Source: a virus. Taken from it: a stretch of 64,000 nucleotides of DNA. Under the pieces are notes generated by a model. It was not told the DNA's origin. It made no database searches and saw only the letters and a list, made by a program, of their open reading frames with translations. Made by a program: the position numbers and the translations under genes. How positions within the stretch are numbered: position 1 is the first letter of the stretch; each line of letters begins with the position of its first letter. The stretch is taken from IMG/VR virus record IMGVR_UViG_3300013132_002633, positions 1-64,000 of that record; one strand, 5' to 3'. Of this stretch, positions 50,731 to 61,446 are shown one piece after another.

Positions 50731-51496
50731 ATAATTTATTATAAGTTTTTTCCATCCAATGGTGAACATTGCCTCCATATCCGGAACTATCTGGAATTCC
50801 ATTAAAATGATATACCCATCCGAATTTTGTAAATGGTAAATCATCATATAATCCTTCGGTCAGATGTAATCCCATCATGTTAAATTCGTATGGTAATATA
50901 TTTACATCAATATTTCTCATTTGTAATAAGAAATTCATTGGGGTTTGATCTGTACCAAGTTTAATTGTAGATTCCAAACCATATATCTTCTCTCGGTTTT
51001 CCAAATAAAATTGTTTTAAATAATCTAAATGTTCTCTATGTGATTCATTAAATATTTGAAAACCACCATTTATATATTTCCAGATGTCTAACTTATAATC
51101 ATTAAACAGATATTTACTATAACATTCGGTACTACGAATTACCCATTCATATACAACACCATCGTGTACCCCCGTATATTTGTTGTTGGTCATTTCAAAG
51201 AAATTTGGACAATTTGGATGTACAATCGTATCTGCATCAACGATTAACACTTGATTGTATTTGATATCACTTTGTTCTAATAAATCCAATGCATAATAAC
51301 GTTGCCATGCTAAACTGGTAATGTTGGTATCCATCAAAGGCTGGTCCAATACAACCACTTGACAATCGTGTTGTTTAGCAAAATGTTTCCAACTATTTAT
51401 GCTATATTCATAGATTTTATTGATTAGAGGCGTACTACGAAGTTTCTTTTCTTTATTTGAAGAAACAACGGCTGGTATTAATATAATATTTTTCAT
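50723..51496 (-). CDS. GT-A glycosyltransferase (GT8/GT34-like)
   Basis: IVDADT, YINGGF, DQT.MN, HFNG. Confidence 0.75.
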   Translation of the reverse strand: MKNIILIPAVVSSNKEKKLRSTPLINKIYEYSINSWKHFAKQHDCQVVVLDQPLMDTNITSLAWQRYYALDLLEQSDIKYNQVLIVDADTIVHPNCPNFFEMTNNKYTGVHDGVVYEWVIRSTECYSKYLFNDYKLDIWKYINGGFQIFNESHREHLDYLKQFYLENREKIYGLESTIKLGTDQTPMNFLLQMRNIDVNILPYEFNMMGLHLTEGLYDDLPFTKFGWVYHFNGIPDSSGYGGNVHHWMEKTYNKLFN

Positions 51497-52254
51497 TTGT
51501 ATTGTTGTTTTATGTTACTCCAGACTTCGTTGATTAGATTATTTCTATCTACAATTGGTATACCCGTAAAGTGACAAATGTAACCATATTTAAATAAGAA
51601 CGTTGTTTTATCATCCAATTTATCATTATGCCACAACATTCCCTTTTTCACCATACCCACCGTATTCCAACAATAAGGTAGTGTTTTTCTTTTTACACCT
51701 TCTTTAACCAAGAACAAATTTAAAATTGTTTGTTCTTTGCCAACGCCGGGAATACTCCAGTTATCCATAGTTTCCTTGTTATCCAAATAAAACTTCTTCA
51801 ATTTGTCAAACAAAGGTTTATGAGATTTATGAAAGAACAATACACCACCATTGATATATTGAGATAATGTCATCGGTACAGCAGACAATTCCGTAAATGA
51901 TGATCTAAAAGCCTTAAGACTCTTGTCTATCCACTGAATTGACACGTTATCTAATACTCCGCAGAATTCATCATCATATAAATCAAAAATATTAGGAGCA
52001 TCCCATTTGACCATAGTGTCAAAGTCAACCACACCAATCTTTTCGTAGTTGTCTCCAACATAATCAAAAACAAACTCTTTGTGCCAAACACTATATTTTA
52101 CGTCCGGTCGTTTGCTTCTAACTACATAAAAGTCAATATTATGCTTATCACAATAATATTGCCAACTATTGATAGTATGTTCAAAATAAGTCTTATGAGA
52201 ATGTTTTGATAATTCATCCTCAATAGCTACCATCATTATACAATTCTTAGCCAT
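51493..52254 (-). CDS. GT-A glycosyltransferase (GT8/GT34-like), paralog of neighbour
   Basis: VVDFDT, YINGGV, EQTILN, HFTG. Confidence 0.75.
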   Translation of the reverse strand: MAKNCIMMVAIEDELSKHSHKTYFEHTINSWQYYCDKHNIDFYVVRSKRPDVKYSVWHKEFVFDYVGDNYEKIGVVDFDTMVKWDAPNIFDLYDDEFCGVLDNVSIQWIDKSLKAFRSSFTELSAVPMTLSQYINGGVLFFHKSHKPLFDKLKKFYLDNKETMDNWSIPGVGKEQTILNLFLVKEGVKRKTLPYCWNTVGMVKKGMLWHNDKLDDKTTFLFKYGYICHFTGIPIVDRNNLINEVWSNIKQQYK

Positions 52255-53053
52255 TGCGTTTTACCATTTGTTCGTTACTTGATAATACTGTCTTTAGAAT
52301 AGAAAGATCTACGCCGATCTTGTCACCATATCCAACCACAGCCTTTGTATCTTTTGGTAAACACTTGCCACCAAATCCACGTTCGTTGGCAAATACGGCT
52401 GTATGAGACTTATTGGTTCTTGGATCCAACAACCATAGATCACGTACTTCACTCCAATGTGTACCACTCTTTTCACACAAATCGTATAGTTCATTTACAA
52501 ATGCAACCTTCATTGCAAAGTACGTGTTTTCTACATATTTGGTAATTTCCGCACTGATACTATCTGTAACTCTATAGGTTTTGCTTGGACCTGTAATAGG
52601 CATATAAATATCTACCAATCGATGGCCAACCGATTTATTGTCAGCACCAAAGATGAAGAATGGAGTTTGTTTAACATCGGTAGTAAAACCTTGTGGAGTC
52701 CAATACTTTGATTCTCCAGCAAATTCTGGACTGAATACGATGTTTTTATTATACTTCTCAATCAATTTACGAGTGGTACCAATTTCAATGGTTGACTTGA
52801 TAAGAATAATAGGATTGGTCATCCATGATACAGATTCTTCCACAATGCTTGTGTCGCAACTACCATCAGTATTTGATGGTGTTGGTACGCAAACCACACC
52901 CAATTCACATTGGTTAATTTCCTCTTTCGATACTGAGTTAGGATATAGTGGATCACGAATTACCACTTCATAATGATCTTTGAAGAATGCATGAAATGCT
53001 TTACCTACATAACCATAACCAACGATACCGATTTTAATTTTTGATTTGATCAT
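52247..53053 (-). CDS. UDP-glucose/GDP-mannose dehydrogenase family (short form)
   Basis: GYGYVG, CVPTP, KST, SPEF, KYVEN, GFGGKCLPKD. Confidence 0.85.
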   Translation of the reverse strand: MIKSKIKIGIVGYGYVGKAFHAFFKDHYEVVIRDPLYPNSVSKEEINQCELGVVCVPTPSNTDGSCDTSIVEESVSWMTNPIILIKSTIEIGTTRKLIEKYNKNIVFSPEFAGESKYWTPQGFTTDVKQTPFFIFGADNKSVGHRLVDIYMPITGPSKTYRVTDSISAEITKYVENTYFAMKVAFVNELYDLCEKSGTHWSEVRDLWLLDPRTNKSHTAVFANERGFGGKCLPKDTKAVVGYGDKIGVDLSILKTVLSSNEQMVKRNG

Positions 53054-53981
53054 AGATTTTATTAAAGTTTTCCAACCATTTTTGCTCTGTATAATATATT
53101 TGATATAATTCTCTAGATTGTTCTGAACACAAATTATAAAAAGAAATGTCTGTTTTAAGTTTATTTGCTAGTTTTTTCGATTGTTCAATATCACCAATAT
53201 CCACTGATAACTCTGGATGTAATATTTGTTGTGTATCTAATCCTTTATATCCTATACATGGTATACCCAAATAAGCGCAGTTTAGTGCGAATGTACCAGC
53301 TGCATGTGTACGCATCAAATGTATACCCACATTAAAATTGGCAAGGGCTTTAATCCATTCGTTCCACATCATATATGGTAAATGATGTAGATTTGGAAAT
53401 TGGTCTTCATTTTCTATCTTTCTACCCATACTTGGAATAAAGATAGGTTTATAAAATGTTTGTGCTACAAAGTAACTATCGACTCCACCATACCAACTAC
53501 AGAAATTACCTCCTATAATAGGCATACCATTGTTATCTCTATCTACATCTTTGATAGTATCTTCGATCATTAATGATTGTAGATTATATGTTGGTTTATT
53601 GAATATGCCTTTAAAGTATGGAATATCACTCTTGTTGTGAGTCAACAAGAAGTCCATCTCGCTTAGAAAATTTATATAATTAACTTGATCAACGTATTTG
53701 TAATCTTGATAATACCAAGCTGGTCCTTCCTGCATGGTTGTTATCTTCTTACCCCGAGATTTTATACTTTCTAACAATATGTTTGTATCGACCAATTCTA
53801 ATTTCTTGGGTAATATAACAATTATCAAATCATAGTTCTCTTTGGTTGATTGTAACCAATCTTGAAAGCTGTAATGGTCTGCATTTAATGCGATCTGCCA
53901 TGCAAATTCAGTACGGCAGTTGGGGAAACTTCTATGTACTTTATCACGATGGCCATTTTGACTGATAAAACAAATGTTCAT
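53034..53981 (-). CDS. GT-B glycosyltransferase-like protein
   Basis: GTFALNCAYLGIPCIG; start MNICF (ATGA overlap). Confidence 0.6.
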   Translation of the reverse strand: MNICFISQNGHRDKVHRSFPNCRTEFAWQIALNADHYSFQDWLQSTKENYDLIIVILPKKLELVDTNILLESIKSRGKKITTMQEGPAWYYQDYKYVDQVNYINFLSEMDFLLTHNKSDIPYFKGIFNKPTYNLQSLMIEDTIKDVDRDNNGMPIIGGNFCSWYGGVDSYFVAQTFYKPIFIPSMGRKIENEDQFPNLHHLPYMMWNEWIKALANFNVGIHLMRTHAAGTFALNCAYLGIPCIGYKGLDTQQILHPELSVDIGDIEQSKKLANKLKTDISFYNLCSEQSRELYQIYYTEQKWLENFNKIYDQIKN

Positions 53982-54544
53982 ACTTCTACGCAAATCACTC
54001 CTTCCCAATCATATAGTTTTCTGGTGAAAGACTCTTCATCACTATAACCAATCTTTTTTATTGGTTTTATAACATTACGATCAAATAGATCATTAATTGA
54101 GTTAATAATTTCTGGATATGCACCCACATCGTCAAAGATGAAGTACTTCTTACCGTCTGATTTCAACTTTAGGGCGTTATATACATCCATTTGGATGGCA
54201 TCGTAGGTGTGGAGAGCATCCACCATAATTACATCGGCAGTATCAACAGGAAGACCATCTTTGTATACGTCTTGGCCAAAGAACTTTACGTTGGTTCTGC
54301 CATTACGTTTACAGAATTCATCCGCTTTATCAAATTCCTTTTCGTTGATACCATAGACTTGTTTAAATAAGAAACTTAGAATAAATGTGGTATAACCCAA
54401 GTTTGATCCAATTTCCAATCCAACTTTGTTCTTAAACTCTGGTTTATCAAAAAATTCAAAAACATCACGCTTGAACTTCTTTGAAGTGGTTGTTTTGTGT
54501 TCAAATTTATCTGGTACAAGATTTAGTATTTCATCTATTGTCAT
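53978..54544 (-). CDS. Class I SAM methyltransferase
   Basis: LEIGSNLG, VDALHTY, IFDD. Confidence 0.75.
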   Translation of the reverse strand: MTIDEILNLVPDKFEHKTTTSKKFKRDVFEFFDKPEFKNKVGLEIGSNLGYTTFILSFLFKQVYGINEKEFDKADEFCKRNGRTNVKFFGQDVYKDGLPVDTADVIMVDALHTYDAIQMDVYNALKLKSDGKKYFIFDDVGAYPEIINSINDLFDRNVIKPIKKIGYSDEESFTRKLYDWEGVICVEV

Positions 54545-55548
54545 AATTTGCCGAGTACGTCTTTAAATGTATAAAATTTGTTTTGAGAGTTTAATATATT
54601 GTGTAGATTAAACTTTGAGTGTTGATCCAATATTTGTGACCACTTACCCTTCTTATCACCACAGAATCCTCTGGGGTTATCTTCATTTAGTATATATAAA
54701 CGTTTATTTGGATGTCTTCTAGCATGAACTTTGAGTATATTCTTCACAACAAATTGAATAAATTTATCTCCCATGATTTGTTTGGATATAACTCCAATAC
54801 TAGAATCATCTCCATATAGTAATAAACTATGTGGTAGATTTACACCAGACTTAACCAGATCCGATGATAATACTAAACAACTACCATCAATCTTTGGTTG
54901 AGACAAAGCTCTTATATCAAATTCCGTAGTTTTTGCATTTATACTATTCATTTCTTCTATGGAAAGACTAGATTTTGCATAGTTCTTGTTGTCTACTTGA
55001 TCTGGTGTATCAACGAACTTAATGTTTTCATAATCAACGTGTTCTGTAACCTTCCATGTATCATCCCACATCTTACGATCCGCAAAACTTAATATGTATT
55101 TGTGTATGTTGGCATTTTGACCATATTGAGCAACACTTTCGATTACATTAAAAGCTTCTTTTGGAAAGAAACTATCGGTTTCACCCCACATGACATAATC
55201 TACTTTGGTACAATAGTTGTAATTCAAATCTCTTCTGTAGTCTGCTACATTATAAATGTCTTCGTTATCTGTCTTTAATTTGATTACGATGTTATCTTTA
55301 GGTACATTGATATCATATAACATTTGTATACCCTCGTAAAATTTATCATACAATCTGTGAATTTCAATTTTACTAGTGTCAATTTTTTCAAAGTATTGAG
55401 ATGTATTAAAACAAAAATGAAGATATATGTTTTCTTTGTTAGAAACGGGTTCGATTAGATTAATCAATCCACCAATAAATTCTTTGTAAATTTCTATCTC
55501 ATAGAACATTACATGTGTGCCTATAACATATGTTTTTGATAGTTTCAT
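54541..55548 (-). CDS. GT-A-like hypothetical protein
   Basis: MWGETDS, GDDS; cluster context. Confidence 0.45.
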   Translation of the reverse strand: MKLSKTYVIGTHVMFYEIEIYKEFIGGLINLIEPVSNKENIYLHFCFNTSQYFEKIDTSKIEIHRLYDKFYEGIQMLYDINVPKDNIVIKLKTDNEDIYNVADYRRDLNYNYCTKVDYVMWGETDSFFPKEAFNVIESVAQYGQNANIHKYILSFADRKMWDDTWKVTEHVDYENIKFVDTPDQVDNKNYAKSSLSIEEMNSINAKTTEFDIRALSQPKIDGSCLVLSSDLVKSGVNLPHSLLLYGDDSSIGVISKQIMGDKFIQFVVKNILKVHARRHPNKRLYILNEDNPRGFCGDKKGKWSQILDQHSKFNLHNILNSQNKFYTFKDVLGKL

Positions 55549-56543
55549 TCTAGAATATTTTTGATTACATGGTTTACAATATAGTTGTCAGACGATTTAT
55601 GGAAAAATACTTCTCGTTGATGATTTAATAAATCCAACATATAATTGTAGTTCGATAATGCAAAATCTACAACTTCTTTTATATTTGAATAATCGGATTC
55701 ACAATCCATGCTCATACCACCACCATAAACAAATGGGGTACTTTTAACGCAATCAATATTTGGTTTTATAATAGGTGTACCTGTAACTAAACACTCTACT
55801 TCTCTGATATTGACTTCACCATAACCAAATGGAGATATACACAATTTGCTATTGTATAACACTTGCATATATTTTTCTTTATCAATCTTACCAGTTTTTT
55901 CTGTGGTGATTAAGTTAACTTTTAATTTATTAACTTCTTCAAATAGTTTTCTACGAGGACCATTATAGTGTTCGTCTACTCTAATACCATGTTCATAGTT
56001 TTCACCACATAATCCTACCATGACTGCAACGTCATATTGTTTATTATTACTGGGAGTTGGTAATGGTAATTTGTTTCCAAATGTATTCAACCAGTTGGTA
56101 CCACTATGAACCAATTTATCATTCAAAAGACTAACATCAGATATATCAATATTATAACCATCTACACTTTCACCCCAGAACCAACGACCATTAGGATAAC
56201 GTTTGGTATATAATGAATAATCTTTTAATACTACGTTTTTTGCTAGTCTATAACCAGGTACATTTTTGAATACGTCCCATACACCCATTAATGATGATGA
56301 ATCCTGTCCATCAAACAAAATATATGGTGCGTCTAAATTTTCAAGAAATTTGGTACCTTTATCAATTGATTCGTTTAAACTTACTTTTTTATCAACAACG
56401 GATGCTTGACCAACCCAATAGATATCTGGGTTAGTATTGACAAATTCAATACCATACTCATTAAATGTTTTTAATGCGCCTAGATATGGTCTAAATGTGG
56501 TTTCATTGCGATGCTTATTTAATTCTAATATTTGAATTTTCAT
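55545..56543 (-). CDS. GT-B glycosyltransferase-like protein
   Basis: SKLCISPFGYGE...REVECLVTGTPIIKP. Confidence 0.6.
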   Translation of the reverse strand: MKIQILELNKHRNETTFRPYLGALKTFNEYGIEFVNTNPDIYWVGQASVVDKKVSLNESIDKGTKFLENLDAPYILFDGQDSSSLMGVWDVFKNVPGYRLAKNVVLKDYSLYTKRYPNGRWFWGESVDGYNIDISDVSLLNDKLVHSGTNWLNTFGNKLPLPTPSNNKQYDVAVMVGLCGENYEHGIRVDEHYNGPRRKLFEEVNKLKVNLITTEKTGKIDKEKYMQVLYNSKLCISPFGYGEVNIREVECLVTGTPIIKPNIDCVKSTPFVYGGGMSMDCESDYSNIKEVVDFALSNYNYMLDLLNHQREVFFHKSSDNYIVNHVIKNILE

Positions 56544-57211
56544 CGTTTTTCAATTAACACTTGCCATTCTTTAATAAACATATTGTATTTACCCTCATAA
56601 CATTTCAGAAATGCGTCAATACCATATCTACAATTACCCCAACCATAGTCATCGAATAACAACAAACCACCACTTTTTAACAATTCAAAACTAATACATG
56701 ATTCGTACATTACATAATCTGGATCATGACAACCATCTAAATAAATGAAATCAAATTTATTTTTTGGTTGATCCCCGACAAACTTTGATCCTAAAGTTCC
56801 ACCATATAATTTGCGAAAAAACTCTTTTGAATCGGTCACATAAAACTCACATTTGTTCTTATCTATATAGGGCTGTAGGTTTTGTGTTAAAGTTAACGAT
56901 AACGATTCTCCAAAATCAAATGATAGACTACCTTTTTTATAACTGCGTACATCTTCAATATCGACCGTAATGATCTTGGAATTTGGTTGGGTTAGAACAT
57001 TTTCTAACATCCACACCGAGGATCTACCATGTCCAGTACCAATTTCTAAAAACAATAAATTTTCTTGATCTAAAAATCTTGTGAAGTATGAACTCCATAC
57101 GGGAATATTTAATGTGAAATCATCTTTTGGACTAAAGAAATGATCTGGATAAGTATAATAGTTGTGTTTTACGTAATCTCCGTATTTAGCCCGTAGTTCT
57201 TTATTAGTCAT
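56540..57211 (-). CDS. Class I SAM methyltransferase (Methyltransf_24-like)
   Basis: LEIGTGHGRS, FDFIYLDGCH, GGLLLFDDY. Confidence 0.8.
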   Translation of the reverse strand: MTNKELRAKYGDYVKHNYYTYPDHFFSPKDDFTLNIPVWSSYFTRFLDQENLLFLEIGTGHGRSSVWMLENVLTQPNSKIITVDIEDVRSYKKGSLSFDFGESLSLTLTQNLQPYIDKNKCEFYVTDSKEFFRKLYGGTLGSKFVGDQPKNKFDFIYLDGCHDPDYVMYESCISFELLKSGGLLLFDDYGWGNCRYGIDAFLKCYEGKYNMFIKEWQVLIEKR

Positions 57212-57212
57212 A

Positions 57213-57860
57213 TTATTTAACGTTGTAACCTCTATTTTCGTCTTCTGTAAATAGTTTATTGTAATTTACATTTGTCTGCCTCTGTTTTTCGATAGTTTTT
57301 TCATGAATGATTGCATAATCTTTTTGTGGAGGTACAAATGTATAACTCTTAAATCCTTCCACTTTTTCATGTAATCTTCGTTGATATCTAATATGAGAAG
57401 CGTTCAAAAAAATTCTGGACTGGAAATCTGGGTAGTTTATCATTCCATCATATAAATTCCACCCCCATGTCAAAATATCACTGTCAGTTACACCGTGAAA
57501 ATAATTCAAACGAGGTAACCATATAACTTCATTATTACTATTTTGTTCTAAAATGAGATCTATATTTTCGATTAAAAGATCGCTTGGATATTCATCGGCA
57601 TCAAGTTGAAATATCCAACTGCCTTTGCATAATTCTATGCCATAATTTTTATGTGCGCCATAGTTTTTCTCTAATTTATGTTGATGAAACACTACGTACT
57701 CTTTATATTTTTGTATAATCTCTAGAGTAGTTTGATTATCTGAATAATCATCAAGAAGAATAATTTCATGGTTATCCTTTTTATTTTGTATCAGCTTAGA
57801 CAATAGCTTATCTAAGCTGGTTGTTTCATTGTGACACGTAACTAGATATGACAAAAACAT
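57213..57860 (-). CDS. Glycosyltransferase family 2
   Basis: LDDYSD, WIFQLDADE, YPDFQSR, LHE. Confidence 0.85.
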   Translation of the reverse strand: MFLSYLVTCHNETTSLDKLLSKLIQNKKDNHEIILLDDYSDNQTTLEIIQKYKEYVVFHQHKLEKNYGAHKNYGIELCKGSWIFQLDADEYPSDLLIENIDLILEQNSNNEVIWLPRLNYFHGVTDSDILTWGWNLYDGMINYPDFQSRIFLNASHIRYQRRLHEKVEGFKSYTFVPPQKDYAIIHEKTIEKQRQTNVNYNKLFTEDENRGYNVK

Positions 57861-57861
57861 G

Positions 57862-59202
57862 TTAAACAATCTTTAGTTTTGGTAATACAATCTTGTTTTC
57901 GTTGGAAGACTGTGGATCAATAGCTTTTAGCTTTGGCAAAACAAATTGATTTTCTACTGCAAATTGAGGTACATACTTATCAAGTATACTCCAAAATAAT
58001 TTATCCATTTCTTTTAAGTTGAATTTAGATTCATTTTCTTGTCTTAATAACTCAGCATTTTTTGTAAATTTATCACTATTTCTAGCAAAATAAATTTGCT
58101 TGAACTTATCTTCAGCAAGTGCATAAGAAACTTTGAACCATTTACTTTCTGGTAGAATCCATTGATTTGCAGATTTTTTGTCAACCTGAGTTAAATTGCC
58201 GGGTAATAAATTAGCGTATCGTGGATTTAAATAGTCCAAATGACCACTCCAATTTGATGCCAATAATGGTTTGCCGCTTAAAGTTGATAATAACATCGGA
58301 TGTCCAAATCCCTCTCCATGTGTAAATGAAACATGTGATATTATTTTTTCATGGTTTAATAATGAGTTCATTTCAACATCATTTAATTCGCCATGTAAAA
58401 CATATACATTCGGACAGTTTTCACCAACACCTTTTCGTATTTTAGAGACTTTATCCAAAATATCATATCTGTCTACAACTGAATAGTTTGCACCACTTGT
58501 TTTTAATATTAAACAAGGTCGATCATTTATGGGATTGTTTTTGAATGTATTGCAAAAAGTTTTTACTAAATTTCCAATGTCTTTTCTATCGTTATACAAT
58601 CCTCCGTGCGTCCATTGACCAACGAATAAGAAAGCGCTTTTTTCTGATATTTTAGATAAAACATTGTTAACACTTTCAACGATTTCGGATGTCTTTTTGT
58701 ATGTATTTGTATCTGCTCCCCAAAAACATACTTCAATTGGTTTTTCAACTTGCACAGGAACTTGTTGACCATTTTCCAACTGTCTAGCCATCTTCGTTTC
58801 TAGGAATATTTTTTTAACATGGTTCGACAATCCAATTGTCAAATTCATCTTATTGATTCCTTCAATCCAACTACCAGGACAAATAGTAGTTTCAATTCCT
58901 GCGGTCATACCTATATTGTATTTACCCACCGGTTGAAATTCTTCTGGTATTGTTAACTGAATAAATAAATCGGGTTGCTTATTCAGAGGACCCTGGAGGA
59001 ATTTGGTTGATAATATTTTATCTTCTGGATCGGTTAAATCTTCAATAAATCGTTTGCTAGGACAATTTCCCCAACGAGTTGGTGCAATCTTAACATCAAA
59101 TTTATTATATCGAATTATAGATTTAGCTATTGTTGTAGCCCAGTCTCCATATCCACTTCGGTTAAACACTGGTCCTGAAATTAAACATGTTGGTTTATTC
59201 AT
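57862..59202 (-). CDS. Glycosyltransferase family 4-like
   Basis: RSGYG, FLFVG, RKDI, HGEGFGHP, WSGHLDY. Confidence 0.8.
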   Translation of the reverse strand: MNKPTCLISGPVFNRSGYGDWATTIAKSIIRYNKFDVKIAPTRWGNCPSKRFIEDLTDPEDKILSTKFLQGPLNKQPDLFIQLTIPEEFQPVGKYNIGMTAGIETTICPGSWIEGINKMNLTIGLSNHVKKIFLETKMARQLENGQQVPVQVEKPIEVCFWGADTNTYKKTSEIVESVNNVLSKISEKSAFLFVGQWTHGGLYNDRKDIGNLVKTFCNTFKNNPINDRPCLILKTSGANYSVVDRYDILDKVSKIRKGVGENCPNVYVLHGELNDVEMNSLLNHEKIISHVSFTHGEGFGHPMLLSTLSGKPLLASNWSGHLDYLNPRYANLLPGNLTQVDKKSANQWILPESKWFKVSYALAEDKFKQIYFARNSDKFTKNAELLRQENESKFNLKEMDKLFWSILDKYVPQFAVENQFVLPKLKAIDPQSSNENKIVLPKLKIV

Positions 59203-59203
59203 A

Positions 59204-59899
59204 TTATTGATTAAATTGTTGTGAGTCTCTTTCTTTAACTAATTGAGTGTATTTTTTATTTGGCGTTGGTACACCTCCCACTTTATTGTATAACAATTCC
59301 ATGGTAGACATTTGTTTTGCAGCGATTTCAGCTGTATCGGACTTTTTAACATCTGTACTACCAAATCCACCCTCGCCTCTGCTTGTAGAATCCAATTCAT
59401 TTACCAAAATAAATTCGATATTTTCTACCTTTGTTGCCTTGAGTTGACAAATTTTATCTCCATTTTTATAAATTTTGCCAACATTTGGATTTCCAACAAT
59501 GACAGTTTCTCCAGCAAAATCTAAATCTTCTGGTTGCCACTGGTATTTAAAACGAAGTAGCACTTCACCCCGATAATCTGCATCAACCAATCCAACACAA
59601 TTAGCTAATATTAGATTGTATTTACTAACGCTACTACGAGGAAATGCTAGTATATCATAATCAATCATTTCAACACTTATACCATTCCAAGATTTTTTTT
59701 CTTTTTGAACTGCTAATTTTAGATTGGTTTTATACTGGATATAATCAATACGACGATAACCTCCATTTTCTACTTTTTCACCGATAATTTCTGGTTCACT
59801 CGTAGCAACAACATCATATCCGGTAGCACGTTCAGTACCTTTTTGGGGTAAATTACTTACATCATCGTAAGTCTCATTTTTCAAAACTTGAATTTTCAT
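59204..59899 (-). CDS. dut: Trimeric dUTPase
   Basis: ATGYD, PRSS, GLVDADYRGE, GDKICQL, RGEGGFGST. Confidence 0.9.
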   Translation of the reverse strand: MKIQVLKNETYDDVSNLPQKGTERATGYDVVATSEPEIIGEKVENGGYRRIDYIQYKTNLKLAVQKEKKSWNGISVEMIDYDILAFPRSSVSKYNLILANCVGLVDADYRGEVLLRFKYQWQPEDLDFAGETVIVGNPNVGKIYKNGDKICQLKATKVENIEFILVNELDSTSRGEGGFGSTDVKKSDTAEIAAKQMSTMELLYNKVGGVPTPNKKYTQLVKERDSQQFNQ

Positions 59900-60864
59900 G
59901 TTAATTCACTTTTAATTTTTTCAATATCAACTTTATATAATTCAAACCCAAGTTTTCCTTGTGGTAGATTTTTAATATCATACCCAGTTTCAGTATATAT
60001 GTCAAATGACTTTGATGGTATAAAATTGTCCAGTGTGTAATCCATAGCTTTTATAAATTGATTACACATGTTTATGGAGTTTATACCACCCTCATTCATT
60101 GCCCATCGTCTACCTTCCAATCCACATGATTCACGTTTCTCATTGCCTATCAAATACCAATACATAATAGCATCGGCTATGTCTGTATAATTTGATAGGT
60201 CATCCATGATATATGGAGTTGGAGGACTACCTTGTAGATTTTGAACTTTGGTCCAAACAGGTTTTGCCCAAATGCCATGTTTTTTATATCTGCCAGTAAC
60301 ATTTGTTCCAAACTCCAAATCAAATTCTATAGACGATCCATCATCTTTTGTTAAACCAATTTGGTCTTGTAAACCGCCTGTTACAGTTGATATAACAGGA
60401 GTTCCACACATGATGCTTTCCGCAATACTCAATCCAAATCCTTCATTTGAACTTATGTTAGCTGTAACATCTGCTAAATTGTAAAATGCAACCATTTCTT
60501 CTGGCGTTCTACGAGATTCATCAATTACAATTTTGTATTCAGGACACACTGCTTGCACAGTTGCGGGTAAGTCTGTTCCAGCTTCACATACTTTATCGGT
60601 ATGCATTATCAATGCACATTTTTTAGCTTCTTCTGGAGTTAATGAACTACAAAATGACTTAAATGCCATTATCAAATTTGCTGGATGTTTACGGTGTGCA
60701 TTTCTACTATTAAATGCTACTACGAACTCATATTCATCGTTTCCTAAATACTCTTTACGTAATTTATTAACTAATGAATCATTTTTAGAAATTGGTTTAA
60801 ACTCGTTACTATTAATGCCATGTGGCACATAATGTAAAAGCACTTTGTTAGATTTTATAGGCAT
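59896..60864 (-). CDS. GT4-like glycosyltransferase, C-terminal part
   Basis: YVPHGI, SRNAHRK, NEGFGLSIAES, TGGLQDQ. Confidence 0.8.
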   Translation of the reverse strand: MPIKSNKVLLHYVPHGINSNEFKPISKNDSLVNKLRKEYLGNDEYEFVVAFNSRNAHRKHPANLIMAFKSFCSSLTPEEAKKCALIMHTDKVCEAGTDLPATVQAVCPEYKIVIDESRRTPEEMVAFYNLADVTANISSNEGFGLSIAESIMCGTPVISTVTGGLQDQIGLTKDDGSSIEFDLEFGTNVTGRYKKHGIWAKPVWTKVQNLQGSPPTPYIMDDLSNYTDIADAIMYWYLIGNEKRESCGLEGRRWAMNEGGINSINMCNQFIKAMDYTLDNFIPSKSFDIYTETGYDIKNLPQGKLGFELYKVDIEKIKSELT

Positions 60865-60869
60865 AAAAT

Positions 60870-61424
60870 TTAAATTTTAATAATATTTCCATTTTGATCC
60901 AAGTCACCTTCAACTGTAGTACAATTTTCAGGACCCATTACCCATTTATTAATATTGTAAGTTTGTTTACTTATTGAAAACAAAGCATCACAACTTTGAT
61001 AAAATGGTTTATTCCACATTGGATACGGTAAATCGTCCCATATTGTTAAATATGTTAAAGGAATTTTACTTCGTATTTGATTTTCAATAGCATATAACCA
61101 CCCCCAAAAACGTGGATCAGTAAAATGTAGAATTGCATCTGGTTTTTCCAAAGCTATAATTTGAAATAACATTTCTTCATCTCCGTATCCATTAGCAGGA
61201 TATAGTTTCAAATAGTTATCTTTTCGTCCATTTAATTGATCACATGCTTCCTTCATATCAATGATCTTACCTTTTTCAGGATGATCAATTGCACCCGCTA
61301 TCTGTACCCAATCATAGTGATGAAGAGTACCTAATACAAGTTCACGACTCATTGTAGCAATACCCGAATGCATCCTCAGGTCATCAGCTAATAATAAAAT
61401 TTTTTTCTTTTTATTAATATTCAT
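60870..61424 (-). CDS. GT4-like glycosyltransferase, N-terminal part
   Basis: ILLLADD...SGIA, KPDAILHFTDP, IWDDLP, SISKQT. Confidence 0.75.
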   Translation of the reverse strand: MNINKKKKILLLADDLRMHSGIATMSRELVLGTLHHYDWVQIAGAIDHPEKGKIIDMKEACDQLNGRKDNYLKLYPANGYGDEEMLFQIIALEKPDAILHFTDPRFWGWLYAIENQIRSKIPLTYLTIWDDLPYPMWNKPFYQSCDALFSISKQTYNINKWVMGPENCTTVEGDLDQNGNIIKI

Positions 61425-61446
61425 ATTTTTAATAAATTACTTTTCT

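Noticed and set aside
60867-60875. ATT TAA ATT (minus strand) as a second stop-hop
   Set aside because: Landing frame stops after three codons and is not the frame of the downstream ORF
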